Source: Treponemataceae bacterium
Lineage (GTDB): Bacteria > Spirochaetota > Spirochaetia > Treponematales > Rectinemataceae
DNA length: 14,152 nucleotides
Direction: 5' to 3'
Assembly (NCBI GenBank): GCA_963677895.2
Contig: CAXXGJ010000014.1
Location: 1 to 14,152 of the forward strand
A model generated the notes under the pieces. The model had not been told where the DNA came from, ran no database searches, and saw only the letters and a list, made by a program, of their open reading frames with translations. Of the stretch, positions 1 to 7,978 are shown one piece after another; the first letter of the stretch is position 1, and each line of letters opens with the position of its first letter. The position numbers were made by a program, and so were the translations under genes.

Positions 1-912
1 TCATCCTGCTTCGACGCCAACGGCGCCGTCTTCGAGCCTCTGCTGGACGAGAACTGCGCGATCATAACCGACAGCCTCAATCATGCTTCCATCATCGACG
101 GCGTCAGGCTCTGCAAGGCCAAACGCATTGTTTTCAAGCATGCCGACATGCGCGATATCGAAGAGACCGATCCCGACACCGGCAAGGTGGCCAAGGGGCT
201 CGAGCGCTGCCTGAAAGAGGCGTCTGACGCGAGGATCCGCATGATCGCCACGGACGGCGTCTTCTCCATGGACGGCGACATCGCCGATCTCAAATCCATA
301 TGCGCGCTCGCCGAGAAATATGACGCTCTCGTCATGGTGGACGATTCCCACGCCACCGGATTCACCGGGGCGACGGGGCGCGGCACCTGGGAACATTGCG
401 GCGTGAAGGGAAGGGTGGACATCATCACCACCACCTTCGGCAAGGCGCTGGGCGGGGCTTCCGGCGGCGTGATCGCCGCCAGGAAGGAAATCGTCGAGTA
501 CATGAGGCAGAAGGCCCGGCCCTATCTATTCTCCAATACCGTGGCGCCCTCCATCGTGGGAGGCACGCTGAAGGCTCTCGAACTTCTCAGCGCGTCGACC
601 GCCCTGAGGGACAAGCTCGAGGCGAATACCAGGCGGTTCAGGGAGAAGATGACGGCGGCGGGCTTCGACATCAGACCCGGCGTCCATCCTATCTGCCCGG
701 TCATGCTGTACGACGAAAAACTGGCCCACGACATGGCCGATGCACTTCTTGAGGAAGGCATCTATGTCATCGGATTCTCCTTCCCCGTCGTGCCGAGGGG
801 CAAGGCTCGCATAAGGGTGCAGATTTCCGCCGCCCATGAACCGGGGCAAATCGACTTCGCCGTGGAGGCTTTTACCAAGGTTGGAAGAAGGCTGGGCGTG
901 ATCAAGGCATGA
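1..912 (+). CDS. kbl: Glycine C-acetyltransferase (2-amino-3-ketobutyrate CoA ligase), 5'-truncated by the window edge
   Basis: Frame 1 is open from base 1: [15 protein letters not shown]...[41 protein letters not shown]-lysine motif [41 protein letters not shown] at 910-912. Confidence 0.93.
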   Translation, partial: SSCFDANGAVFEPLLDENCAIITDSLNHASIIDGVRLCKAKRIVFKHADMRDIEETDPDTGKVAKGLERCLKEASDARIRMIATDGVFSMDGDIADLKSICALAEKYDALVMVDDSHATGFTGATGRGTWEHCGVKGRVDIITTTFGKALGGASGGVIAARKEIVEYMRQKARPYLFSNTVAPSIVGGTLKALELLSASTALRDKLEANTRRFREKMTAAGFDIRPGVHPICPVMLYDEKLAHDMADALLEEGIYVIGFSFPVVPRGKARIRVQISAAHEPGQIDFAVEAFTKVGRRLGVIKA

Positions 913-932
913 GGGAGCTTCTCCGCGCCTAC

Positions 933-961
933 TTTACGTTCCGGGAGGTTTTCGCTATATT
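933..961 (+). promoter_or_regulatory. Putative sigma70 promoter for the FmdB-family gene
   Basis: TTTACG (933-938), 17 bp, TATATT (956-961); SD GAGGT at 999-1003 before ATG 1012. Confidence 0.5.
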
Positions 962-1011
962 TTCTACTCGAACCAACATTTCATCATTTCGCTAGACCGA
1001 GGTTAATCTAA

Positions 1012-1272
1012 ATGCCTACGTATGAGTATGAATGCCGAGAGTGTAATCTTACTTTCGAAAAATTCCAGTCCATGTCCGAGGACCCTGTCAAGGTCTGCCC
1101 CAAGTGCGGCGGAGCCGTCAGGCGCCTGATCGGCGGCGGAACCGGCGTCATCTTCAAGGGCAGTGGTTTCTATATCACCGACTCCAAGAAAGCGGGCAGC
1201 GCGTCGACGAAGAGCGCCGCCAAGAGCTGCGAGACCTGTCCCGCGAGCGGCACCAAGAAGGAGAGCGCCTAG
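1012..1272 (+). CDS. FmdB-family zinc-ribbon protein
   Basis: MPTYEYECREC...CPKCGG...FKGSGFYITD family signature; extra C-terminal CETC; SD upstream. Confidence 0.92.
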   Translation: MPTYEYECRECNLTFEKFQSMSEDPVKVCPKCGGAVRRLIGGGTGVIFKGSGFYITDSKKAGSASTKSAAKSCETCPASGTKKESA

Positions 1273-1275
1273 CGG

Positions 1276-2166
1276 CTATATGCCTTTTTCCAGCTGGGCT
1301 TTGGCCTGCTCCAGGGGCATGTCGAGCAGTTCGGGACTGGCGATGAGCCTGTAGAAGACCGAGGCCGAGCGCGCGAAGTAGAGACCGTCGGAAATCCTTT
1401 CGTCCACCGTTACCTTGAAATTTATGAAGTGGTGTTTCGTGCCGAAGGGGCCGTGGTGGCTGTCCTTCTGCGTGAGTTTGCCCATCACCACGAAGAAGCT
1501 AATGGTGCCCCATTCGTAAAGATGGTGGAAGGGCGCGTCGAGTCCGATGCTGCCCAAATTCGCGAAGAAGAGGGTGGCGTAGAAGGGGTCCACTTCGATA
1601 AGGCCTTTCGGGGCAAGATTGAAGCGGTCGAGAATCCTGTAGAGACCGATGAGGAGAGCCTTGGCGCCGGGAATGCTGTGGGCGAGCTTGGCTATCTTCT
1701 CGCCGTCCCCGCCTTCCCCTACTTCCCGCACATAGTTGATAGCCTTGTTTACCTTCAGCGTCACCGTATCGAGATCATCCTCGGGCTTGAAAACAACCTT
1801 CGCGCTTCCTTCCGGAGCTTCTTCCGTCATTTTCTGCTTCACGATGAATGACATGGTAATGTCGTTGTGCTGGTAGAGGGCCTTGCCGTGTATGAAACGG
1901 TTGAGTTCCGGCCTGATCGCCACGGTCCGCACCATCGCCGCCAGAACGAGGGAAAACAATGAATATCGATCCTGGCCCGAATTCTCGTTCTGATTCTTCA
2001 GTCCGGAGTTTCTCGCCCTCACGAAACGCAGGATATTCTCGACATCCACGTCCTTTTCATAGTACACGGCCGATTGATTGCGTCCGCGCATCATGTAGGG
2101 CATAAGCGCGTTGAGCGCATGGGCTTGTCGGACTTTTTTGCCGTCTGGTCTGTCGATGAAAAGCAT
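1276..2166 (-). CDS. Stand-alone 2-oxoacid dehydrogenase E2 / CAT-like acyltransferase catalytic-domain protein
   Basis: Motifs RPELNRFI, FFANLGSIG, TVDERISDG (variant of DHRxxDG); no lipoyl domain. Start placed at ATG 2166 (MLFIDRPDG), which is 7 nt downstream of TATAGT. Confidence 0.78.
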   Translation of the reverse strand: MLFIDRPDGKKVRQAHALNALMPYMMRGRNQSAVYYEKDVDVENILRFVRARNSGLKNQNENSGQDRYSLFSLVLAAMVRTVAIRPELNRFIHGKALYQHNDITMSFIVKQKMTEEAPEGSAKVVFKPEDDLDTVTLKVNKAINYVREVGEGGDGEKIAKLAHSIPGAKALLIGLYRILDRFNLAPKGLIEVDPFYATLFFANLGSIGLDAPFHHLYEWGTISFFVVMGKLTQKDSHHGPFGTKHHFINFKVTVDERISDGLYFARSASVFYRLIASPELLDMPLEQAKAQLEKGI

Positions 2167-2173
2167 GGAATGA

Positions 2174-2179
2174 ACTATA
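2174..2179 (-). promoter_or_regulatory. -10 element of a probable leaderless transcript
   Basis: Minus strand reads TATAGT-tcattcc-ATG with no SD. Confidence 0.5.
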
Positions 2180-2278
2180 TAGTAGCGATACAATTAGGTA
2201 AAGTATCGACGGGGACCGCGGCCCCTGGCCGGAAATTTTGTTTTTTTCGCCCGCGCGGGACTTTTTTCGATTTTCCTG

Positions 2279-2311
2279 TGTTAAACTCAATGTATCCTTC
2301 TTTTCAGGAGG
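2279..2311 (+). promoter_or_regulatory. Putative extended -10 promoter and SD of the four-gene operon
   Basis: TG-t-TAAACT (2279-2287) with T-tracts upstream; AGGAGG at 2306-2311, 9 nt before TTG 2321. Confidence 0.45.
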
Positions 2312-2320
2312 CACCACGTT

Positions 2321-3355
2321 TTGGATGATGCGCCGAAAAACGCAAGATCCTTAAGAGTACTGATCCTTTTTTCACGTTCTTCCAATACCGCCGTGGCCAT
2401 GGCCGACGATCGGCGCTTCGGCCGGTTCGCGTCGATCCTCGCCGACGGCGGATTCACCGCCAGGCTGGCATGCCCCGACTCCATCGCTATGCTTTCCGCC
2501 CTCATCGCCGAGTTCGGCCCCGACCTTGTTTTCAGCGCCCCCGACCATTTGCCCGAGTCCTCCCCGATGCCCGTCGGCGTCGCCTTTCCGGCGAACGCCA
2601 GGATAAACGTGCATGGCTGGCTGGAGGGAAGGGGAATCCCCTATGTGGGCTCCCCTCCCGATATCATAGAGCTCGCTCTTTCCAAGACGGCGCTCAAGGA
2701 AAAATGGGTAAAGGACGGAATATCCACGCCCGAGTTCCTCTCCTTGAACTCAGGTTCCGATCTTTCCGCCGTGGACAGGTCCTCGATTCCCCCCTTTCCC
2801 TGCATCGTGAAGCCGTCGGACGCCGGCAACTCCCGCGGCATCACGAAGGATTCGGTCGTTTTCGACATGAAAGCCTTGGCTTCCCTCGTCGCCAGCCTGG
2901 GCAAGGATTTCAGGCATATCCTCATCGAGCATTACCTGGGGCTCTACCCCGATTTCCGCGAAATCACCTGCGCATGCATAGGCAACGGCGAGGAGAGGCT
3001 CCTCATGCCCGTGGAAATTGTCTTTATCGATCCTCCCGGCATTCACGTGGTCACGACAGAGGATAAGGACGGCAGCAGGACCGAAGCCCGGCCGATAGCG
3101 GACGGATCCTTGCGCGAGGCGGCCCGGGCCTTCGCGGCCGCGGCCTTCTCGTCGGCGGGGGATATCAGGGATTATTCCCGATGCGACATGATTTTCGCCG
3201 GCGGGAAATTCTGGGCCATCGAAATCAACGGCCAGCCCATGATTCCCGACGCTTGGTTCGAGGCCTGCGCGCGGCAGGCGCATCTCTCGGAGAAGCAATA
3301 TATCCTGGCTATCATCGAGGCGGCCCTCAGCCGTTCGATCCGGACTAGGAGGTGA
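2321..3355 (+). CDS. ATP-grasp ligase, D-Ala-D-Ala ligase-like but non-canonical
   Basis: GIPYVGS, LALSKTALK...GISTP, PCIVKPSDAGNSRGI, LIEHYL, REITC, RDYSRCD, IEINGQP; lacks the Ddl GGxSxE and HGxxGEDG motifs; TTG start with strong SD. Confidence 0.82.
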   Translation: MDDAPKNARSLRVLILFSRSSNTAVAMADDRRFGRFASILADGGFTARLACPDSIAMLSALIAEFGPDLVFSAPDHLPESSPMPVGVAFPANARINVHGWLEGRGIPYVGSPPDIIELALSKTALKEKWVKDGISTPEFLSLNSGSDLSAVDRSSIPPFPCIVKPSDAGNSRGITKDSVVFDMKALASLVASLGKDFRHILIEHYLGLYPDFREITCACIGNGEERLLMPVEIVFIDPPGIHVVTTEDKDGSRTEARPIADGSLREAARAFAAAAFSSAGDIRDYSRCDMIFAGGKFWAIEINGQPMIPDAWFEACARQAHLSEKQYILAIIEAALSRSIRTRR

Positions 3356-3359
3356 TACG

Positions 3360-5249
3360 ATGTTTAAAATTTCCAGACATGACGTTTTCGGCCTTATTCG
3401 GCCTTCGATAGACGTGCATACCCTCGGGATGCTTTCCTTCGCCCAGGTCCTGGAGGACTGCGGCATAGAATCCCGCATCGCCGACGCCGATGTCGGCGGC
3501 GATATCGAATCCCTTTCCAGGCACGAGGGCGGCACCGTGCTTCGTGCCTGGCTTCGCAACAGGAAAATTTCGGTGCTCGGCTTCAGCTACCGGCTGGACC
3601 CCGCCGATGCCCTCCATCTTTTCGAAGTCCTATATGAGTTCCTCCACCGCGAGAAAATGCTTCTTTCGGATGGCGGTCCTATCAGGGGGCTGTTTTTCGC
3701 CGGGCTTCCTGAAGCCTGCGAGGCGGCGCTCGCCCGGCATCCCGATCTGACAGGCGTTTTCCGGGGCGACGAAGCGCCCCACGAGACGATGCGCATCCTC
3801 GGCATAGATGAGGACATGATGCCGCAAACCTTCTCCGAAGGTCTCAAGTACGACGTCGCGAGGATGGCTTTCGGCGAGTCCCTCGTGAAGGAAGGCCGCT
3901 ACAACGCGGTGAAGCCCGTCAACAGGTCCGACTCTCCCGGATTCGGCGCCTGGGGCGACAGGCTGACGGCGAGGATCGCCCATGGCACTGCCCGAAAGCT
4001 CCCGCCCCTCATACGCGTCCATGCCGGCCCCTACCTGCCCGACAGGAAGGAAGCGGTCAGGCTTTTCACCGAGTGGGTGAAGCGGCTGGCCTCGGGCGGC
4101 TATCTGGACATTCTCTCGATCGGCACTTCCCAGCTCAGCCAATCCAATTTCGGGGAAGACTGGGAAGGCAAGATCAACGGCGGCGGCGTTCCCCTCGCCA
4201 GCGCCGCCGAGTTCGCGGCTGTATGGAAGGCGGCGCGCCCCATGCTGGTGCGTACCTACGCGGGCACCAAGGATGTGCCGGCCCTCGCCAGGATGTACGA
4301 GGAAACGATCGATATAGCCTGGCACGCGCTTTCCCTGTGGTGGTTCTGCAAGCTGGATGGAAGAGGTCCCAACTCGGTGCTTGAAAACCTCAGGGAGCAT
4401 TTTCAGGCCATGCGCTACATAGCCTCGACGGGCAAGCCGCTCGAGATGAACGTGCCGCATCATTTCGCTTTCAGGGGCAGCGACGACCTTGGGTATGTCG
4501 TGTCGGGCTATATCGCGGCCAAGGCCGCCAAACTGCAGGGCATCCGGAACCTCGTCCTGCAGATAATGTTCAATACGCCCAAATACCTCTGGGGCATCCA
4601 GGACCTCGCCAAGGCTAGGACCCTTCTCAAGCTGGTGAAAGGACTCGAGGACGGGAATTTCAGGGTCTTCCTCCAGCCGCGGGGAGGCTTGGACTATTTC
4701 TCGCCAGAACCCGAGCGGGCCAAGGCCCAGCTGGCCGCGGTGACCGCCATGATGGACGACATCGAGCCTCACGACGAGACCAGCCCTCAGATCATCCATG
4801 TCGTGAGCTATTCCGAAGCCTATAAGCTGGCCGATCCGCCCGTCATTGAGGAGAGCATCAGGATCACGCGCCACGCGCTGCGGGAGTACCGGCGACTCAG
4901 GCGCGAAGGCGGCGTGGACGACATGGTCTCGAGCGCCGAGGTGGCCGCGCGCGAGAAGATCCTGCTGGACGATGCCGTGAAAATGATAAAGGCCGTGGAA
5001 ACCCTCATTCCCGACACCTATTCCCCCTATGGGCTCTATACGATGCTTTCTTCGGGCGTCTTCGCCCTTCCGTGGCTGACTTCCTGCCGCGAGGAATTCC
5101 AGGCCGCGAATATCGGGACCCGACTCGTGAACGGCGGCATGCATGCCGTCGACGCGGAAGGATCGCCTCTTCCCGTGGAAGCGAGGATCGAGATGGCGAG
5201 AGCCAATCTGGCCAAGGCTAGCGGCGGAGGAGGTCGTTATGGCATCTGA
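3360..5249 (+). CDS. Cobalamin (B12)-binding domain protein with a large C-terminal domain; putative B12-dependent enzyme
   Basis: N-terminal D18-V-H20-T-L-G23 (DxHxxG), GFS76YRL and LFFAG115 match the His-on cobalamin Rossmann motifs; no CxxxCxxC; SD AGGAGGT overlaps the upstream stop. Confidence 0.75.
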   Translation: MFKISRHDVFGLIRPSIDVHTLGMLSFAQVLEDCGIESRIADADVGGDIESLSRHEGGTVLRAWLRNRKISVLGFSYRLDPADALHLFEVLYEFLHREKMLLSDGGPIRGLFFAGLPEACEAALARHPDLTGVFRGDEAPHETMRILGIDEDMMPQTFSEGLKYDVARMAFGESLVKEGRYNAVKPVNRSDSPGFGAWGDRLTARIAHGTARKLPPLIRVHAGPYLPDRKEAVRLFTEWVKRLASGGYLDILSIGTSQLSQSNFGEDWEGKINGGGVPLASAAEFAAVWKAARPMLVRTYAGTKDVPALARMYEETIDIAWHALSLWWFCKLDGRGPNSVLENLREHFQAMRYIASTGKPLEMNVPHHFAFRGSDDLGYVVSGYIAAKAAKLQGIRNLVLQIMFNTPKYLWGIQDLAKARTLLKLVKGLEDGNFRVFLQPRGGLDYFSPEPERAKAQLAAVTAMMDDIEPHDETSPQIIHVVSYSEAYKLADPPVIEESIRITRHALREYRRLRREGGVDDMVSSAEVAAREKILLDDAVKMIKAVETLIPDTYSPYGLYTMLSSGVFALPWLTSCREEFQAANIGTRLVNGGMHAVDAEGSPLPVEARIEMARANLAKASGGGGRYGI

Positions 5250-6390
5250 CAAAAGCTGGCAGCAAGTTTGCGATATCCTGAAGGACGTGAAGGCCAAGGG
5301 GAAAAAAGCCCTGTGGTGCGTGGTGGGCGCCGGCAACGGAGGAATTTCCATGGCCGGCCACCTGGGGTTCATGGGCTTCGAGGTCCGCCTTTACAATAGG
5401 ACGGACGAGCATCTCAACGCCGTGCGCTGGTATGGTGGCATAGAGCTCGAAGGCGCGGTGGAGGGATTCGGTCCCGTCAGTCTGGCCACCTCATCCATCC
5501 AGGCCGCGGTCGAGGGCGCCGACGTCGTGATGATCGTCACGCCCTCCACGGCTCACTATTCGCTGGCCGCGGCCATGGCCCCCTTCCTCAATGACGGGCA
5601 GGTGATCGTCCTGAATCCAGGCAGGACGGGAGGCGCCCTGGAATTCCGCGCCGTGCTGAAGCAGTCGGAATCGCGAGTCAAGCCGATCATCGTGGAAGCG
5701 CAGACCTTCATCTACGCTTCGCGGGCCGTCAGCCGCCACAAAGGCCATATCTACAGGATCAAGAACGGCGTACCCGCGAGCGCCCTGCCTTCGCACATGA
5801 CACCCGACGCTCTTGCCGTGCTGAATCAGGCTTTCCCCGAGTTCACCGCCGGCTCCAACGTGCTGGCGACGAGTCTCGAGAATATCGGCGCTGTCTTCCA
5901 TCCCGCCCTCACTCTGCTCAACGCTGGCTGGATAGAATCGACGGAGGGCAATTTCGAGTATTACATCCAGGGCATGTCGCCGGCGGTCGCCAAGGTTCTC
6001 GAGAAGATCGACGACGAGAGGCTGGCCGTGGCGAGAGCCCTGGGCATACGCACCGTCTCGGCCAGGGAATGGCTTTACCTTACCTACGACTCCCCGGGCG
6101 ACACCCTCTGCGCGGCGATAAAGGCCACGACGGGCTATTTCGGGATAAAGGCGCCGCCGACGATCAACCATCGCTATATATGGGAAGACGTACCCATGAG
6201 CCTCGTGCCGATGTCCTCCATAGGAGCCATGCTCGGGATACCGACACCTACCATAGACATGATCATCACGCTCGCCGAGCTGATGAACGGCAGCGATTAC
6301 AGAGCCGTAGGAAGAACGGTCGAAACGCTGGGCATCAAGGGAATGAGCGTCGAGCAGATTCACCGACTCGTCACCGAAGGCGACGAGTGA
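5239..6390 (+). CDS. NAD/NADP-dependent octopine/nopaline (opine) dehydrogenase family protein
   Basis: Rossmann VVGAGNGG, LNPGRTGG, ENIGAVFHP, FEYYIQG, ERLAVARALG, HRYIWEDVPMSLVP; SD GGAGGAGG (5226-5233) supports ATG 5239, which overlaps the upstream gene by 11 nt. Confidence 0.9.
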   Translation: MASDKSWQQVCDILKDVKAKGKKALWCVVGAGNGGISMAGHLGFMGFEVRLYNRTDEHLNAVRWYGGIELEGAVEGFGPVSLATSSIQAAVEGADVVMIVTPSTAHYSLAAAMAPFLNDGQVIVLNPGRTGGALEFRAVLKQSESRVKPIIVEAQTFIYASRAVSRHKGHIYRIKNGVPASALPSHMTPDALAVLNQAFPEFTAGSNVLATSLENIGAVFHPALTLLNAGWIESTEGNFEYYIQGMSPAVAKVLEKIDDERLAVARALGIRTVSAREWLYLTYDSPGDTLCAAIKATTGYFGIKAPPTINHRYIWEDVPMSLVPMSSIGAMLGIPTPTIDMIITLAELMNGSDYRAVGRTVETLGIKGMSVEQIHRLVTEGDE

Positions 6391-6400
6391 GGAGGAGCCT

Positions 6401-7093
6401 ATGAATTTTACCGATATTTTGGATTCCATCGCCTCATCGTTCAATTCGCTTCCGCCGATAGCCGGGGCGTTTCTGACCTTTCTTCTGGGCTGGCTCGTCG
6501 CCCGTTTCGCCCGCTTCTTCACGCCGAAACTGATGACGCTTCTGCGATTCGACCGTTTCAGCGAAAAGACGGGGATTAACGGTTTCCTGAAAAAGGGGAA
6601 TGTCCACTATACGCCGTCGAAGCTGTTGGGGATGCTCGTCTACTGGTTTTTGATGATCCTGACGCTTTCGAACACGGTGGCGAGGCTCGACAAAGGGGCG
6701 GCATCATCCATCCAGGTATGGATAAGCTCGGCCCTGCCGATACTGATAGCCACGGGCATTATCGTCGTGATAGGCATTGTCGTCGTCACCTTCCTGTCGA
6801 ATTTTTTCATCACCATCGCCAGGAACGGCGCCGTACACAATCCTGTTCTGATAGGCAACGCGATCAAATATATCGGATTCATCGTCGTGGCGACCTTGGC
6901 CCTGGACCAGCTCGGCTTCGGCCAGACCATCGTGAGCACCATCTTCATACTCCTGTTCGCCGCGATAGCCCTTGGGCTGGCCCTTGCCTTCGGCCTCGGC
7001 TGCAAGGACATGGCGAGGAAACTGATGGAAGACTTCATCAGGAATATCCAGGAGAAGGAGAGAATCAAGCATGGCACGGATCTGGAAGGCTAG
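6401..7093 (+). CDS. CmpX-like / MscS-associated TM-helix-repeat membrane protein
   Basis: About five hydrophobic segments; LPPIAGAFLTFLLGWLVAR repeat unit; ALDQLG...ALGLALAFGLGCKD; no MscS beta domain; SD GGAGGAG. Confidence 0.78.
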   Translation: MNFTDILDSIASSFNSLPPIAGAFLTFLLGWLVARFARFFTPKLMTLLRFDRFSEKTGINGFLKKGNVHYTPSKLLGMLVYWFLMILTLSNTVARLDKGAASSIQVWISSALPILIATGIIVVIGIVVVTFLSNFFITIARNGAVHNPVLIGNAIKYIGFIVVATLALDQLGFGQTIVSTIFILLFAAIALGLALAFGLGCKDMARKLMEDFIRNIQEKERIKHGTDLEG

Positions 7094-7785
7094 GCTCTCG
7101 CTTCGGCGACGAGCGCCTCGGCCAGCAAGGTCATGGGATCGATGAGAGGGACCTTGAGGAATTCCTGCGAAAGGACGAGAGGCACTTCGGTGCAGCCGGC
7201 CACGATGGCGTCGGCGCCCGCCAGCACGAGCCTTTCGGCCGCCTGGACGAGAAGGGAGCGCGGATAATCTCCCCTGTTCCCCGCCTTTATGCCGTTTTTC
7301 CCGTAAATGGCTTCCATGACGAGATTGGCCTGGGCTTCGTCATCGGGCCATAGGATCGAATACTCGGCAAGGGAAGTCTCGTAGAGTCTGGCGGCCTTCG
7401 TTCCCGCCGTCGCGAGGATCCCCAGCCTGCGCGCCTGGGGGTAATTTGCATGCATCGCGGCGGCCATGGTCTCGAGGGCCGAGATGAATCGGAGGCCTGA
7501 GAGTTCCTTAAGTCGCGGAAGGAAGTTGTGCGCCGTCATGCAGGTTATGCCGATGATGTCGGCTCCGGCCGCCTCGAGCCTTTTCAGCGAGGCGAGCATG
7601 GCGGGGACGGGATCGGGCCCCTTGCCCAGTATGTTCGCCGTTCTGTCGGGAATGGAAGGATCGCATTCGATGACGATATGCGCGTGATCCTGATCCCTCG
7701 CGGCCTTGTCGAAAGAGAGCAGTTTCACGAAAAAGTCCGATGTCGCCTCGGGGCCCATGCCGCCGAGAATCCCAATGGTTTTCAT
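7090..7785 (-). CDS. Aspartate/glutamate racemase family amino-acid racemase (PLP-independent)
   Basis: KTIGILGGMGPEAT, PSIPDRT, two catalytic Cys (ITCMTAH, AGCTEVP), GILATAGT. Start is ATG 7785 or 7788. Its stop overlaps the stop of the convergent gene (CTAG 7090-7093). Confidence 0.9.
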   Translation of the reverse strand: MKTIGILGGMGPEATSDFFVKLLSFDKAARDQDHAHIVIECDPSIPDRTANILGKGPDPVPAMLASLKRLEAAGADIIGITCMTAHNFLPRLKELSGLRFISALETMAAAMHANYPQARRLGILATAGTKAARLYETSLAEYSILWPDDEAQANLVMEAIYGKNGIKAGNRGDYPRSLLVQAAERLVLAGADAIVAGCTEVPLVLSQEFLKVPLIDPMTLLAEALVAEARA

Positions 7786-7840
7786 CATTCCTTCCTTTAT
7801 TTTGCTCGATGAAAATGTTCTCAAATCCGCGCGTTCCCAA

Positions 7841-7909
7841 AGTGTACAGCATTCGCGGGTTCATGGGCAATAAATAATATTTGCGTTATTCGGCTTTTCA
7901 GTTTACCAT
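7841..7909. promoter_or_regulatory. Back-to-back divergent sigma70-like promoters (racemase / transporter)
   Basis: Plus strand TTGCGT (7881-7886), 17 bp, TACCAT (7904-7909); minus strand TTGCCC (7870-7865), 18 bp, TACACT (7846-7841). Confidence 0.55.
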
Positions 7910-7978
7910 TCTTTTTGGCGCTCATCCCTATTTCGCCGTCGGGCGAGCGCCTGTCCGAAATAACCAAGGAGGATTTTC

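Noticed and set aside
2210..2274. Short GC hairpins followed by T runs as a terminator or riboswitch
   Set aside because: Stems are only 4-5 bp and lie between divergent promoters where no transcript is expected to end; the T-tracts are more likely UP or bending elements.
2321..3355. Vancomycin-resistance ligase (VanA-like) cluster
   Set aside because: No vanH, vanX, vanR or vanS, and the ligase lacks the Ddl/Van N-terminal motifs.
3360..5249. B12-dependent radical SAM methyltransferase or methionine synthase
   Set aside because: No CxxxCxxC motif, and no homocysteine-, pterin-binding or cap domains recognisable.
3630..5372. 580-aa antisense ORF, and similar ones at 5491-6522, 9536-10450, 2750-3559 and 1-396
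   Set aside because: Antisense or alternate-frame shadows of well-supported genes, expected with high GC3; no recognisable motifs.
5239..7785. Staphylopine/pseudopaline-type metallophore cluster (opine dehydrogenase plus racemase)
   Set aside because: No nicotianamine-synthase-like CntL, exporter or ABC importer in the window; the racemase is Asp/Glu-type rather than DapF-like CntK and is on the opposite strand.
7917..7951. Hairpin GGCGCTC...GAGCGCC in the transporter 5' UTR as a riboswitch
   Set aside because: Too short, no recognisable aptamer, and it does not occlude the SD; more likely a 5' stabilising stem.
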